Shown here piece by piece: positions 9,625-19,226 of a stretch of 64,000 bases of DNA. Numbering within the stretch: the stretch's first letter is position 1; each line of letters begins with the position of its first letter. The notes beneath the pieces were generated by a model, which was not told the origin of the DNA, made no database searches, and was given only the letters and a program-made list of their open reading frames with translations. Source of the DNA: an uncultured Bacteroidota bacterium (GTDB taxonomy: Bacteria > Bacteroidota > Bacteroidia > Bacteroidales > P3); the NCBI GenBank assembly GCA_902784465.1, contig CACZUZ010000008.1, positions 2,963 to 66,962 on the forward strand. Reading direction: 5' to 3'. Both the position numbers and the translations under genes were made by a program.

Positions 9625-11274
9625 GTGGATAACAATAAGAAAGACAATAGAAAACCCAAGACCAAGAACGAGAACCTTGACGAGAAGACGCTCCCGACGA
9701 CTCCTGCGGCACAGGTGGACGAGAATGTAGCCACCGCCGAGGAGATAGAGGAATTCATACGCAGCCGCAAGAAAGAGCGCGAGGAGGGCCGCAACCGCGA
9801 CTATCGCCACACCGACGAGGAGGTCCCCACCGACCTCGCCGCCAACGAGAGTGCCATGGACCCCTACCTCGAGCCAGACCCCACGCTGCCCAAAGTGGAA
9901 TACAAGGAGCCCATCTATCTCTCGCGAGGCTGCAACCACTGCCCCGAAGCATACGTGCCGGTGACTGAAACCGAGCTTCGCAGCTGCTGCAAGGTGGGCT
10001 CATGCAACTGGATGAAGGACATACGCCGTCCCATGGAGAAGCCCTTCAGCTGCGTGGAGGTACGCTTCAAGAACAACCGCAAGGAGTTTTTCCGCCTGCC
10101 CGACGGCATTGACGTCAGCGACGGCGACGTGGTGGCTGTCGAAGGCATCCCGGGCCACGACGTGGGCATCGTCAGCCTCACCGGCGAGGTGTGCCGCATA
10201 CAGATGCTCAAGAAGAAAGTCAACCCCGACTCCGAGAACATCAAGAAGCTGTTCCGCCGCGCCAAAGCCAGCGACATCGAACGCTGGACAGCGGCGATAA
10301 AGGATGAAGATGCCACCCTCAAGAAGACCCGCATAATAGCCGAGGAACAGGGCCTGTCGATGAAAGTCAACGACGTCGAGTTCCAGGGCGACCACTCGAA
10401 GGCCATATTCTACTACACTGCCGACGACCGCGTCGACTTCCGCAACCTTATCAAGGTTCTTGCCGACCAGTTCCATGTCCGCATCGAGATGAAGCAGATT
10501 GGCGTACGCCAGGAAGCCGGCAAGGTGGGCGGCCTGGGCACCTGCGGACGCGAGCTGTGTTGCAGCACCTGGCTCACCAACTTCAAGTCGGTGACCACCG
10601 GCGTGGCCAAAGCCCAGCAGATACTGCCCAACCCGCAGAAACTTGCCGGACAATGCGGCAAACTGAAATGCTGCCTCAACTTCGAATACCCCGTCTATGT
10701 CGATGCCCTGAAGGACTTCCCACCTGCTAACACGCCCATACGGTTCAAGAAAGGTCTGGCCCTCTACAAGAAGACCGACGTCTTCCGCGGCATCATGTGG
10801 TACGCCTACGAAGGCCAGAACGACCTCTACGCCCTCAAGGTAGACGACGTTAAGAAGATTATCGAGATGAACCGCAACCAGGAGTACCCCGAACAGCTCG
10901 AGGACTATGTTGTCGAACTGATGTCGACAGCAGCCCTCGCACAGGAGTCGAGCACCGCCGAGTTCGAGCGCGAAATCCAGCTGCTTGCCGACGAGGGTGG
11001 AACGCCAAAAGCGGAGAACGCCACCTCAAAGAATCCTAACAACGCGGAGAGAAACAACTACGGCGACCAGCGTAGGCAGGGCAACCCCAAGAATGGCCAA
11101 CGCCCGGCAAAGAGACAGCCGAGAGCAGAGGACGGCACACAGAGGAACGCCAATGCCCATCGCCCCAAGGGGCCAAGAGAGAACCGCGAAGGCCGTGAAG
11201 GCCGTGAAAACAAAGAGAATCGCGAGAACCGTCCGCGTGGACCCCGCGACAACAACCGCCAGCGGCAGAAATAG
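9625..11274 (+). CDS. PSP1 domain protein (RicT/YaaT-like) with basic low-complexity tails
   Basis: GTG start, 549 aa. The central part resembles a PSP1 C-terminal domain (GIPGHDVGIVSL.., FYYTADDRVDFR.L.K.LA..F..RIE..QIG.R). There is a Cys-rich block, and the tail is RENREGREGRENKENRENRPRGPRDNNRQRQK. Confidence 0.75.
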   Translation: MDNNKKDNRKPKTKNENLDEKTLPTTPAAQVDENVATAEEIEEFIRSRKKEREEGRNRDYRHTDEEVPTDLAANESAMDPYLEPDPTLPKVEYKEPIYLSRGCNHCPEAYVPVTETELRSCCKVGSCNWMKDIRRPMEKPFSCVEVRFKNNRKEFFRLPDGIDVSDGDVVAVEGIPGHDVGIVSLTGEVCRIQMLKKKVNPDSENIKKLFRRAKASDIERWTAAIKDEDATLKKTRIIAEEQGLSMKVNDVEFQGDHSKAIFYYTADDRVDFRNLIKVLADQFHVRIEMKQIGVRQEAGKVGGLGTCGRELCCSTWLTNFKSVTTGVAKAQQILPNPQKLAGQCGKLKCCLNFEYPVYVDALKDFPPANTPIRFKKGLALYKKTDVFRGIMWYAYEGQNDLYALKVDDVKKIIEMNRNQEYPEQLEDYVVELMSTAALAQESSTAEFEREIQLLADEGGTPKAENATSKNPNNAERNNYGDQRRQGNPKNGQRPAKRQPRAEDGTQRNANAHRPKGPRENREGREGRENKENRENRPRGPRDNNRQRQK

Positions 11275-11300
11275 TTAATCGTTGAAAACGCCAACCGAAA

Positions 11301-11777
11301 ATGAAAAAACATTTTATCATACGCTATGCTTCATGCCTCTTGCTCCTGTTCCTTGCTGCCGCATGCGACCGGAGCGTGGTCTACGATGAAGAGCGACGTG
11401 TTGACGATCAGGGTTGGAATGCCGCCGACAGCCTTGTGTTCAACTACGAGGCCGAAGACACCAGCAACACCTACCTGTGCTGCTTCGACATCCGCAACCG
11501 TGACGACTATCCCTATTCCAACATCTATTTCAATATCAAGACTATATACCCCGACGGAGCTGTGGCGGTGGACACAAACCTACAGTTCATTCTTGCCGAG
11601 AAAGACGGCCGTTGGCTGGGTCGCGAGAGCGGCCACTATATCGATGGCCGTTACCCGTTCTGCTACTTCAAGTTCCCACAGAAGGGTGCCTACCAGTTCG
11701 TCATCTCTCACGCCATGCGCGACACACTCCTCCCTGGTGTCAAGAATGTCTCCTTCGTGATATTGAACCAGAAGTGA
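11301..11777 (+). CDS. gldH: gliding-motility/T9SS-associated lipoprotein GldH
   Basis: 158 aa with lipobox LAAAC. GldH-like pattern: W...D.L.F, RNRDDYPYSNIYF, and an HAMRD..LPGV tail. The PSP1-gldH-PBP1A order resembles the Flavobacterium gldH locus as remembered. Confidence 0.7.
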   Translation: MKKHFIIRYASCLLLLFLAAACDRSVVYDEERRVDDQGWNAADSLVFNYEAEDTSNTYLCCFDIRNRDDYPYSNIYFNIKTIYPDGAVAVDTNLQFILAEKDGRWLGRESGHYIDGRYPFCYFKFPQKGAYQFVISHAMRDTLLPGVKNVSFVILNQK

Positions 11778-11829
11778 ACAGCATCCGCAACTAATTGTCA
11801 ATTAATAATTTTCAACTACATTTTTCATA

Positions 11830-14154
11830 GTGGCTCAGTATAAGAAAAAAAGCAAGAAAGGTTCCAAGAACGACGAGCGTAAAGGCATTCGCATTGTGTG
11901 GATGACCTTTGCGGGCTTCTGGGTACTGCTGACCGTTTTTTTCTTCATGCTCTCGATGGGTTGGCTAGGCTTCATGCCGTCGTTCGAGGAGCTGGAGAAC
12001 CCACGCTCTAACCTTGCCACCGAGGTATGGTCGGAGGATGGGCAGATTATTGGATATATAGGTGTCGAGAACCGCTCGAGCCTCACCTACAGCCAGATAA
12101 CCGACCATGGGCGTAACATGAACCTCATCAATGCCCTTGTCGCCACCGAGGATGTCCGCTTCTATCAGCATGCCGGTATCGATGCCCGAAGCCTTGTGCG
12201 TGTCTTCTTCAAGACCCTCGTGGGACGCCACAGCAGCAGCGGCGGCGGCAGCACCATCACCCAGCAGCTGGCCAAAAACCTCTTCCCGCGCGAGCGTAAG
12301 TCGAAACTGGGTGTCGTCTACTCCAAATTCAAGGAGTGGATTGTGGCCGTCAAGCTCGAGCACAACTACTCGAAAGAGGAGATTCTGGCGATGTATCTCA
12401 ACACCGTCGACTTCGGCAGCAATGCCTACGGCATAGAGACAGCGGCGCACACCTTCTTCGACAAGACACCCTCGAAGCTCACCGTCGACGAGGCCGCAGT
12501 GCTGGTGGGTCTGCTCAAAGCCCCCACGAGCTACAGTCCGGTGCTTCACCCCGACAACGCACTGCGTCGCCGCAATGTCGTCCTCAGCCAGATGAACAAC
12601 TACGAGAACCCTGCCACCGGCGAAAAATACCTCAGCGACGAGGAGTTCGAGAAGCTGAAAGAGAAGCCCATAGACATGGCCCATTACCGTCCCATCAGCC
12701 ACAACGACGGTCTTGCGCCATACCTGCGCGAGTATATCCGCAACTACATGAAAGACTGGTGTGGCAGCCACAAGAAGGTCGACGGCACCTACTACGACGT
12801 CCACAAAGATGGCCTGCGTATCTACACCACCATCGACTCCCGCATGCAGCTCCATGCCGAAAAGGCTGTCGAGAAGCACATGAAGGAGGTCATCCAGCCT
12901 GCTTTCTTCAAAGAACTGGCACGCCGTGACGGCAACCCCTTCAACAAGCTCACCCCCGAACAGGAGGAACGATTCCTGACCCAGGCCATGAAAGCCTCCG
13001 ACCGCTACTACCAGATGAAGCAGGACGGTGCCTCGGAGAGCGACATCAAGAAGTTCTTCAAGGAAAAGAAGGTCGACATGCGCGTCTTCTCATGGGACGG
13101 GCCCAAAGACACCGTCATGACCCCTTGGGACTCATTGCTTTATGTAAAGAAATTCCTCAATGCGGGACTCATGTCTATCGAGACTGGCACCGGACATGTC
13201 AAGGCCTACGTGGGCGGCATCAACTACCGCTACTTCAAGTACGACAACGTCATGCAGAGCCGCCGCCAGGTGGGTTCCACCTTCAAGCCTTTTGTCTATA
13301 CCATGGCCCTGCAGGACCTCGACATGAACCCCTACACGCTTGTGCCCAACACCGAGGTCTGCATAGGCGACTGGTGTCCGCGTAACTCGAGCCATCAGCG
13401 CGAGGGCGAGCTGGTCACCCTCAAGTGGGCTCTCGCCAACTCCATCAACTGGGTTTCGGCCTACCTGATGAAAGCCGGCGGTGCCAACGGCCCCAACATG
13501 GTCATCAACATAGCCCGCAAGATGGGTGTCACCAGCCCCATCGATGCCGTGCCGGCCATCAGCGTCGGCGCTGCCGAAATCACGGTGTTCGAGATGACGG
13601 GTGCCATGGCCACCTATGCCAACCAGGGCGAGTATGTACAGCCCATCTTCATCACCCGCATCGAGGACAACAAAGGGAAGGTGCTGGAGACATTCACTCC
13701 CGAACGCCGCGAAGCCATCAGTCCTCGCATAGCATGGATGATGATACAGATGATGAAAGGCGTTGTCGACAGCGGTACCGGCGCACGTCTTCGCGGCTCG
13801 CAGTTCCGACTGGCATATCCGATGGCGGGCAAGACAGGAACCACGCAGAACAACAGCGACTGTTGGTTTGTGGGCATCACGCCCAAGCTCACCACCGTTG
13901 TATGGACTGGCGGAGAGCTGCGTTCCATCCACTTCCGCAGCATGGAGTACGGACAGGGCGCACGACAGGCTTTGCCAATATTCGGACACTATATGAGGTC
14001 GATCTACGACGACCGTGTGCTGAAATTCTATAGGGGAGATTTCGCCAAACCCGACCTGCCCGAAGAGGACTTCATCTGGGACGAGAGCGTCTACCAGCAG
14101 GAACTTCTCGAAGAGGCCGAGGACGAAGGCTTCCAGACCACAACCAACTGGTAG
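11830..14154 (+). CDS. mrcA: penicillin-binding protein 1A (bifunctional transglycosylase/transpeptidase)
   Basis: 774 aa. GT51 motifs are ATEDVRFYQHAGID and GGSTITQQLAKN. Transpeptidase motifs are STFKP and KTGTT. Confidence 0.9.
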   Translation: MAQYKKKSKKGSKNDERKGIRIVWMTFAGFWVLLTVFFFMLSMGWLGFMPSFEELENPRSNLATEVWSEDGQIIGYIGVENRSSLTYSQITDHGRNMNLINALVATEDVRFYQHAGIDARSLVRVFFKTLVGRHSSSGGGSTITQQLAKNLFPRERKSKLGVVYSKFKEWIVAVKLEHNYSKEEILAMYLNTVDFGSNAYGIETAAHTFFDKTPSKLTVDEAAVLVGLLKAPTSYSPVLHPDNALRRRNVVLSQMNNYENPATGEKYLSDEEFEKLKEKPIDMAHYRPISHNDGLAPYLREYIRNYMKDWCGSHKKVDGTYYDVHKDGLRIYTTIDSRMQLHAEKAVEKHMKEVIQPAFFKELARRDGNPFNKLTPEQEERFLTQAMKASDRYYQMKQDGASESDIKKFFKEKKVDMRVFSWDGPKDTVMTPWDSLLYVKKFLNAGLMSIETGTGHVKAYVGGINYRYFKYDNVMQSRRQVGSTFKPFVYTMALQDLDMNPYTLVPNTEVCIGDWCPRNSSHQREGELVTLKWALANSINWVSAYLMKAGGANGPNMVINIARKMGVTSPIDAVPAISVGAAEITVFEMTGAMATYANQGEYVQPIFITRIEDNKGKVLETFTPERREAISPRIAWMMIQMMKGVVDSGTGARLRGSQFRLAYPMAGKTGTTQNNSDCWFVGITPKLTTVVWTGGELRSIHFRSMEYGQGARQALPIFGHYMRSIYDDRVLKFYRGDFAKPDLPEEDFIWDESVYQQELLEEAEDEGFQTTTNW

Positions 14155-14223
14155 CCGGCACTTATAGCCAGAGACTTATAGCCATATAATCCCAAACCAC
14201 ACAATACAGAACAACCGAAGACC

Positions 14224-15291
14224 TTGATACTTTTTGGCCAGACATTAGAACAGCTCCAGGCGCTATGCCTCGACGAGGGATTTCCGAAATTCACCGCCAA
14301 GCAGTTGTGCGACTGGATGTACAAGAAACGGGTCAACGACTTCGACTCGATGACCAACCTGTCGCTCAAAATCCGCGCGCGCCTCAACGAGATTGCTGTC
14401 GTGGGCCGCACCTCCCCCATCGACTGCCAGACCTCGGTCGACGGCACCAAAAAGTATCTTTTCTCGTGTGGCGACGATGGGTCTGACGATTGCCGATTGG
14501 CCGCCATGCCGTTGGCACAGTCGGCCGAAGCCGGTTCCCAGTTTGTCGAGTCGGTCTACATCCCCTCCTCCGACCGTGCCACCCTCTGCATCTCATGCCA
14601 GAAAGGGTGCAAGATGGGGTGCCGTTTCTGCGTCACCGGCAAGCAGGGATTCCACGGATCTCTGACGGCTGCCGACATCCTCAACCAGTTTTTCTCCATT
14701 CCCGAAAGCGAACAGCTCACCAACGTTGTCTATATGGGCATGGGCGAGCCGATGGACAACTATGAGGCTGTCAAGCAGAGCATAGAGGTGCTTACCTCCG
14801 ATTGGGGACTCGGATGGAGTCCTCAGCGTATCACGGTCAGCTCGGTGGGATTGATTCCTACCCTCAAACGCCTGCTGGATGAGATGCGTTGCCATGTCGC
14901 AGTAAGCCTTCACAACCCCTTCGCCGACGAGCGTGAAAAGATAATGCCTGTCGAGAAGGCATACCCCATCGCTGAAGTTGTCAAGCTCTTGCAACGTTAC
15001 GACTGGCATGGTCAGCGTCGCATCTCGTTCGAATACATCATGTTCCGCGGCCTTAACGACGACTTACGCCATGCCGCCGGACTCCGCAGCCTGCTGCGAG
15101 GACTCCCCTGTCGCGTCAACCTCATCCGTTTCCATGCGTCGCCCGACATGCCCTACCGCACAAGCTCCGACATCGCCATCGACAATTTCTGCAACTACCT
15201 CAACGACCATGGCATCACCTGCACCATCCGTGCCTCGCGAGGCGAGGACATCATGGCTGCCTGCGGCCTATTGGCTGGCAAGAAACACTAA
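14224..15291 (+). CDS. rlmN: 23S rRNA/tRNA (adenine-C2)-methyltransferase RlmN (radical SAM)
   Basis: TTG start in the track. Motifs present: FTAKQL..W.Y, CISCQKGCKMGCRFC, MGMGEP and ACGLL near the C-terminus. Confidence 0.9.
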   Translation: MILFGQTLEQLQALCLDEGFPKFTAKQLCDWMYKKRVNDFDSMTNLSLKIRARLNEIAVVGRTSPIDCQTSVDGTKKYLFSCGDDGSDDCRLAAMPLAQSAEAGSQFVESVYIPSSDRATLCISCQKGCKMGCRFCVTGKQGFHGSLTAADILNQFFSIPESEQLTNVVYMGMGEPMDNYEAVKQSIEVLTSDWGLGWSPQRITVSSVGLIPTLKRLLDEMRCHVAVSLHNPFADEREKIMPVEKAYPIAEVVKLLQRYDWHGQRRISFEYIMFRGLNDDLRHAAGLRSLLRGLPCRVNLIRFHASPDMPYRTSSDIAIDNFCNYLNDHGITCTIRASRGEDIMAACGLLAGKKH

Positions 15292-15311
15292 GGAGCGCAC
15301 ACTAGGGAGTA

Positions 15312-15704
15312 CTATTTGTCCTTCCCAGCCTGTCGTATGTAAAAGACGATTGAGGCTATCATATAGAAGGTGTAGACCACATAAAGAATAAGGAACGCCA
15401 CAGCGAACCGTTTGCCGCCGGCGGGGTTGGTGAGCATGCCGCCCACCAACACGACGATGTGTATGAACAGCACCGCCACCGTCGTGGCCAGAAACGACTG
15501 GACGAAAGCCTTGGGGCGCTTGTTCATGCCGTTAATGGTCAGCCAATACTGCACAGCGCTGACGGCGCCGAAATAGAGGACGGCAGCCGGCAGTATCCAC
15601 ACCGGCAGCGGAGCAAAGAACTCCATGCCGCCCCACTTGGTGGCGAAAGCCATCAGCACCATCACGATGGTGAGCATTATAAGCCCTATGAAGTAGCGTC
15701 TCAT
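15312..15704 (-). CDS. small integral membrane protein
   Basis: 130 aa with four hydrophobic segments, packed tightly between rlmN and pyrI. No family recognised. Confidence 0.5.
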   Translation of the reverse strand: MRRYFIGLIMLTIVMVLMAFATKWGGMEFFAPLPVWILPAAVLYFGAVSAVQYWLTINGMNKRPKAFVQSFLATTVAVLFIHIVVLVGGMLTNPAGGKRFAVAFLILYVVYTFYMIASIVFYIRQAGKDK

Positions 15705-15705
15705 G

Positions 15706-16167
15706 TCAGTCGAGGAATTTCATGGTCTCCTTGGTCATGAACTTCTCGCAGTAGTGGCAGCGTAGCTTGAGGTTCTCCTTGTCGACCACGTCGAACTGGG
15801 TCTCAATCTGTTCGAAATTGGTAATGCATTTGGGGTTCATGCACTTGATTATGTGGTTGATATGGTCGGGGATTTCTGCCTGTATTTTCTCCACCACCTC
15901 GTAGTTGCGGATGGTGATGATGCTTGCCATGGGTGCCACGAGGGCTATCTTGTTGATCTCGTTCTTGTCGAAGAACTTGTTCTTGATCTTGACGATGCCC
16001 TTGCGGCCGAACTTGCCGCTATGCAGGTAGTTGCCAATCAGCACCTCGTCGTTGTAGTGCTCAAGGCCGAGGATGCGGATTACCTGGTAGACGACATCGG
16101 TGGGTATATGGTCGATGACGGTGCCATTCTCGATGGCCGACACCACTAGTTCTTTCTTGTTTTCCAT
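15706..16167 (-). CDS. pyrI: aspartate carbamoyltransferase regulatory subunit
   Basis: 153 aa. It has I.NGTVIDHI and the C-terminal Zn domain C.NP.CI...E....C.YC. It lies downstream of pyrB. Confidence 0.92.
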   Translation of the reverse strand: MENKKELVVSAIENGTVIDHIPTDVVYQVIRILGLEHYNDEVLIGNYLHSGKFGRKGIVKIKNKFFDKNEINKIALVAPMASIITIRNYEVVEKIQAEIPDHINHIIKCMNPKCITNFEQIETQFDVVDKENLKLRCHYCEKFMTKETMKFLD

Positions 16168-16208
16168 TTTTTTTCTCGTTTTCGTTATCGTTTTCGTTTT
16201 CGTTATCG
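16168..16208. repeat. TTTTCGTTATCG word repeat (pyrB/pyrI spacer; reverse complement of the 9578 word)
   Basis: ttttcgttatcg occurs at 16179..16190 and 16197..16208. The genes here are on the minus strand, so the mRNA reads CGATAACGAAAA, as at 9578..9623. Confidence 0.85.
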
Positions 16209-17126
16209 TTATCTCACGCCGAGGATTGCGGCCATCAGGGCCTGGCGAACGTAGACACCGTTCTGGGCCTGCTGGAAATAGTAGGCGTAGGGGGTCTTGT
16301 CGACATCGACAGTGATTTCGTTGACGCGCGGCAGGGGGTGCAGCACCTTCATGTTGGGCTTGCAGCCTTCCAGCATCTTGGCGGTGAGTATGCAGCTGTC
16401 CTTCACCCGCTCGTATTCCAGCGGGTCAGGGAAACGCTCGCGCTGCACGCGGGTCATGTAGATGATGTCGGCGGTGGGCACTATGTCCTTGATGTCGGTA
16501 TACTGGTAGTATTTCAGGCCGGCGTTCTTGATGGAAGCCTTCACCGACGAGGGCAGCTTCAGCTCGGTGGGCGACACCAGGTGGAAGGTGGCGTTGAAGT
16601 TGCACATGGCCTGGACGAGCGAGTGGACGGTGCGGCCGTACTTCAGGTCGCCGACCATGGCGATGTTGAGGTTCTCCAGCGTGCCCTGGGTCTTGCGGAT
16701 GCTGTAGAGGTCGAGCATGCACTGGGTGGGGTGCTGGTTGGCACCGTCGCCGGCGTTGATGACTGGCACGGCACTCACCTCGCTGGCGTAGCGGCTGCTA
16801 CCCTCCTTGGGGTTACGCATGACGATGAGGTCGGCATAGCTTGCCACCATGACGATGGTGTCGTGCAGCGACTCGCCCTTCTGCACACTGGTTCCGCCAG
16901 GGTCGCTGAAGCCTATGATGCGAGCGCCCAGCTGGTTGGCAGCACTCTCGAAGCTCAGCCTCGTGCGTGTCGAAGGCTCGAAGAAGAGCGTCGCAACGAC
17001 CTTGTCGCTCAGTATAGGCTGTTTAGGATTTTTCTCGAATTCCTCGGCAATGTCAAGCACCTGGATGTACTCTTCCTTGCTGAAGTCGGTGATGGAGATA
17101 AGGTTCCTTCCTTTTAAATTTCCCAT
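16209..17126 (-). CDS. pyrB: aspartate carbamoyltransferase catalytic subunit
   Basis: 305 aa with the ATCase motifs STRTR, HPTQ and HPLPR. Confidence 0.95.
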   Translation of the reverse strand: MGNLKGRNLISITDFSKEEYIQVLDIAEEFEKNPKQPILSDKVVATLFFEPSTRTRLSFESAANQLGARIIGFSDPGGTSVQKGESLHDTIVMVASYADLIVMRNPKEGSSRYASEVSAVPVINAGDGANQHPTQCMLDLYSIRKTQGTLENLNIAMVGDLKYGRTVHSLVQAMCNFNATFHLVSPTELKLPSSVKASIKNAGLKYYQYTDIKDIVPTADIIYMTRVQRERFPDPLEYERVKDSCILTAKMLEGCKPNMKVLHPLPRVNEITVDVDKTPYAYYFQQAQNGVYVRQALMAAILGVR

Positions 17127-17151
17127 GATATTGTGTGTTTATTGTTTGCTA

Positions 17152-17220
17152 TTAGTGTACGATTCTGTTCGTGGATTTAAAAACAGCGGCTTTCAATAGC
17201 CGCCAATCGTAAAAAAACAT
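17152..17220 (-). promoter_or_regulatory. candidate pyrBI leader: 22-codon mini-ORF spanning a short hairpin plus T-run (attenuator-like)
   Basis: The minus strand reads ATG TTT TTT TAC GAT TGG CGG CTA TTG AAA GCC GCT GTT TTT AAA ... TAA. A GCGGCT/AGCCGC stem (203..198 / 191..186) is followed by TGTTTTTAAA. The element ends 25 nt upstream of the pyrB ATG. Confidence 0.3.
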
Positions 17221-17495
17221 AGTATTTCAGCATCTTTTTTCGATGCCGCTCTGCTGGTATTCAGTCTGTTGTCGCAAATCCTCGATTCTTTCATACGTTC
17301 ACAAAGATAAAATATATTTTGAAAATCTGCAAAATTTTTTTTCAACCAGCGAAGTGTTTTCCATCCACGTCGATCTATTTTCGCTCCTTTTCGAATTTCA
17401 AACTTCTCTCTCTCAATTTTTTAATGCGAAAATCATGCGAAACAACGAAAACTTTACGAAACGTCAACGGCAATTAACGTTTTTCCTGAGGTGAG

Positions 17496-18392
17496 CTAAT
17501 TTCGTACGAGGCTGATGGTTTTACGCCAAATCTGTTTTATGCCATCTGCGTTATAGGCCTCAATGACAACAACATATTTGCCACGAGGTGAGCGGCTACC
17601 GTTGTCGGAGGTGCCATCCCAGACGATGTCGCCGCTGCAACCTATCAAAGCACCGCGCAAGAGGTGACGCACAAGATGGCCAGCGGCATCAAATATCCGG
17701 ACATCGGCAGTCATGTCGCACCGTTCGAGGCTGTAGGTGATGTCCATAAGGTCGTTGTAGCCGTCGCCGTCAGGCGACAGGATGGGCACGGCGACAACGA
17801 AGTCGCCGTCGAGGAAGAGGAGTTCGTGGTTCTGCGAGTTGGCATAGGTCGGTGTGCCGTAGCCGGCGGTGCTGGCTGCCGAGTACCAGTTCGAGGCATC
17901 CTGGGTGGCAGCCTGAAAGGATCGCCGTTCGAGAGCGACTCCTTCGCGGTCGCGCAACAAAGAGCTGTGCATCTTCTCGTGGTAGTCGAAACGGTCGAGA
18001 ACCGTACTGTCGACCTTGCAAACAACGACGCACCCAGAGGCATCGTTATAGGAAGGCATGCTCTTGACCTCCAGCATTTTTGCCGGATGGCGTACAACAT
18101 AGTTGGCACCAACAAAAGCGGCATCGGTGGTGACAACCAAATAATCGTGAGGAAGGATCCATCCGCTGTCGGCAATCGGGAAGAGCTTTGCAATGCTGCC
18201 GTCGTCCATCTTTGCCAGTCGGAGGTTGCCGACGGCTACCGTGTCGCCCGAGGCATTGTAGAGCTCCACATAGTCGCTGCCACCAGGGATGGGATTGAAA
18301 AGTACCTCGCTGATAAGCACATCACCACGCGACTGCGAGAGGGCGTGGTGAAAAGGGATTGCCAGAAGCAGAAGGACGACAAGATTCCTCAT
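17496..18392 (-). CDS. lamin-tail-domain (LTD) secreted protein
   Basis: 298 aa with a signal peptide. It has an LTD-like motif VLISEVLFNP.PGGSDYVELYNASGDTV..GNL.L and a C-terminal beta-sandwich-like end GKYVVVIEAYNADG. Confidence 0.6.
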   Translation of the reverse strand: MRNLVVLLLLAIPFHHALSQSRGDVLISEVLFNPIPGGSDYVELYNASGDTVAVGNLRLAKMDDGSIAKLFPIADSGWILPHDYLVVTTDAAFVGANYVVRHPAKMLEVKSMPSYNDASGCVVVCKVDSTVLDRFDYHEKMHSSLLRDREGVALERRSFQAATQDASNWYSAASTAGYGTPTYANSQNHELLFLDGDFVVAVPILSPDGDGYNDLMDITYSLERCDMTADVRIFDAAGHLVRHLLRGALIGCSGDIVWDGTSDNGSRSPRGKYVVVIEAYNADGIKQIWRKTISLVRN

Positions 18393-18414
18393 TGCGGAGC
18401 AGGTTCAAAGCTCA

Positions 18415-18825
18415 TTACTTCCTTCTGCCGTGTCTCTTTTTCTCTATGCTCTGCTGGAAGAGCCGGAACTGTTCAGGGGTCAGTACCGCGTCGATGGCCA
18501 CCTTGGTACGATAGTACTCCTTGCTCAGTTCGGCACGGAGGCGGGCCTCGCGGTCGTAGAGCGGGAACACCTTGGCACTGTTGTCATCACGACTTTTCAT
18601 GTAGAGCCTGATGCTGTCGCGCACCGTCTTGAGCTGGCTGCGATACTTTTCGACATTCTTGGATGAACGCTGGGTGATGGCATCGATGCGCGACTTCTGC
18701 TGAGGGGTGAGGTCGGTGACGATATCCTCTATTTTCTCCTTTTTGGCGCCGCCCTTGTGGGGTACCTGGGCGGAGAGCGTGAATGCAAAAGCGAGGGCAA
18801 CTATAAGAAAAAGAACACGTTTCAT
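18415..18825 (-). CDS. Spy/CpxP-family periplasmic protein (LTxxQ motifs)
   Basis: 136 aa with a signal peptide and two LTxxQ motifs (LTPQQKSRID, LTPEQFRLFQ). Confidence 0.6.
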   Translation of the reverse strand: MKRVLFLIVALAFAFTLSAQVPHKGGAKKEKIEDIVTDLTPQQKSRIDAITQRSSKNVEKYRSQLKTVRDSIRLYMKSRDDNSAKVFPLYDREARLRAELSKEYYRTKVAIDAVLTPEQFRLFQQSIEKKRHGRRK

Positions 18826-18827
18826 GG

Positions 18828-19226
18828 CTATAAGAAATAGGTTACAGGGTTATCGTAATAGGCATCCTCTTCTTCGTAGTCCACATCGTCATAGTCATTG
18901 CAATACTCGTAGACATCGATGAGACGGGCCGTGAGGTCGCTTGAGGAGGAAACCGGCGAGACGGAGCGGTTGACAAAGAAGACTGACGAGGCGACGATTC
19001 CGGCGACACAAGCTGCCGCAGCCCAGAGCGCCACTCTCCTTCCAATGCCAACGACAGGCGTGGCCTTGGGGAGAGGCATGGTGGCAACACGCTGCATGAC
19101 GGCCTCGGTGACGTCGACCTTGTGGTCTGGCTTCAAGGCCCGTATGGCCTCCTTCTGGCTTTCCAGCCAAAGGTCGGGAGCCGGTTTGCGGACATTGTCC
19201 TTCTTATCGTAGTCGCTATGTTTCAT
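18828..19226 (-). CDS. putative anti-sigma factor (single-pass membrane protein)
   Basis: 132 aa with one TM segment (VALWAAAACVAGIVASSVFFV). Its ATG overlaps the sigma-factor stop (ATGA at 19223..19226). Confidence 0.55.
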   Translation of the reverse strand: MKHSDYDKKDNVRKPAPDLWLESQKEAIRALKPDHKVDVTEAVMQRVATMPLPKATPVVGIGRRVALWAAAACVAGIVASSVFFVNRSVSPVSSSSDLTARLIDVYEYCNDYDDVDYEEEDAYYDNPVTYFL

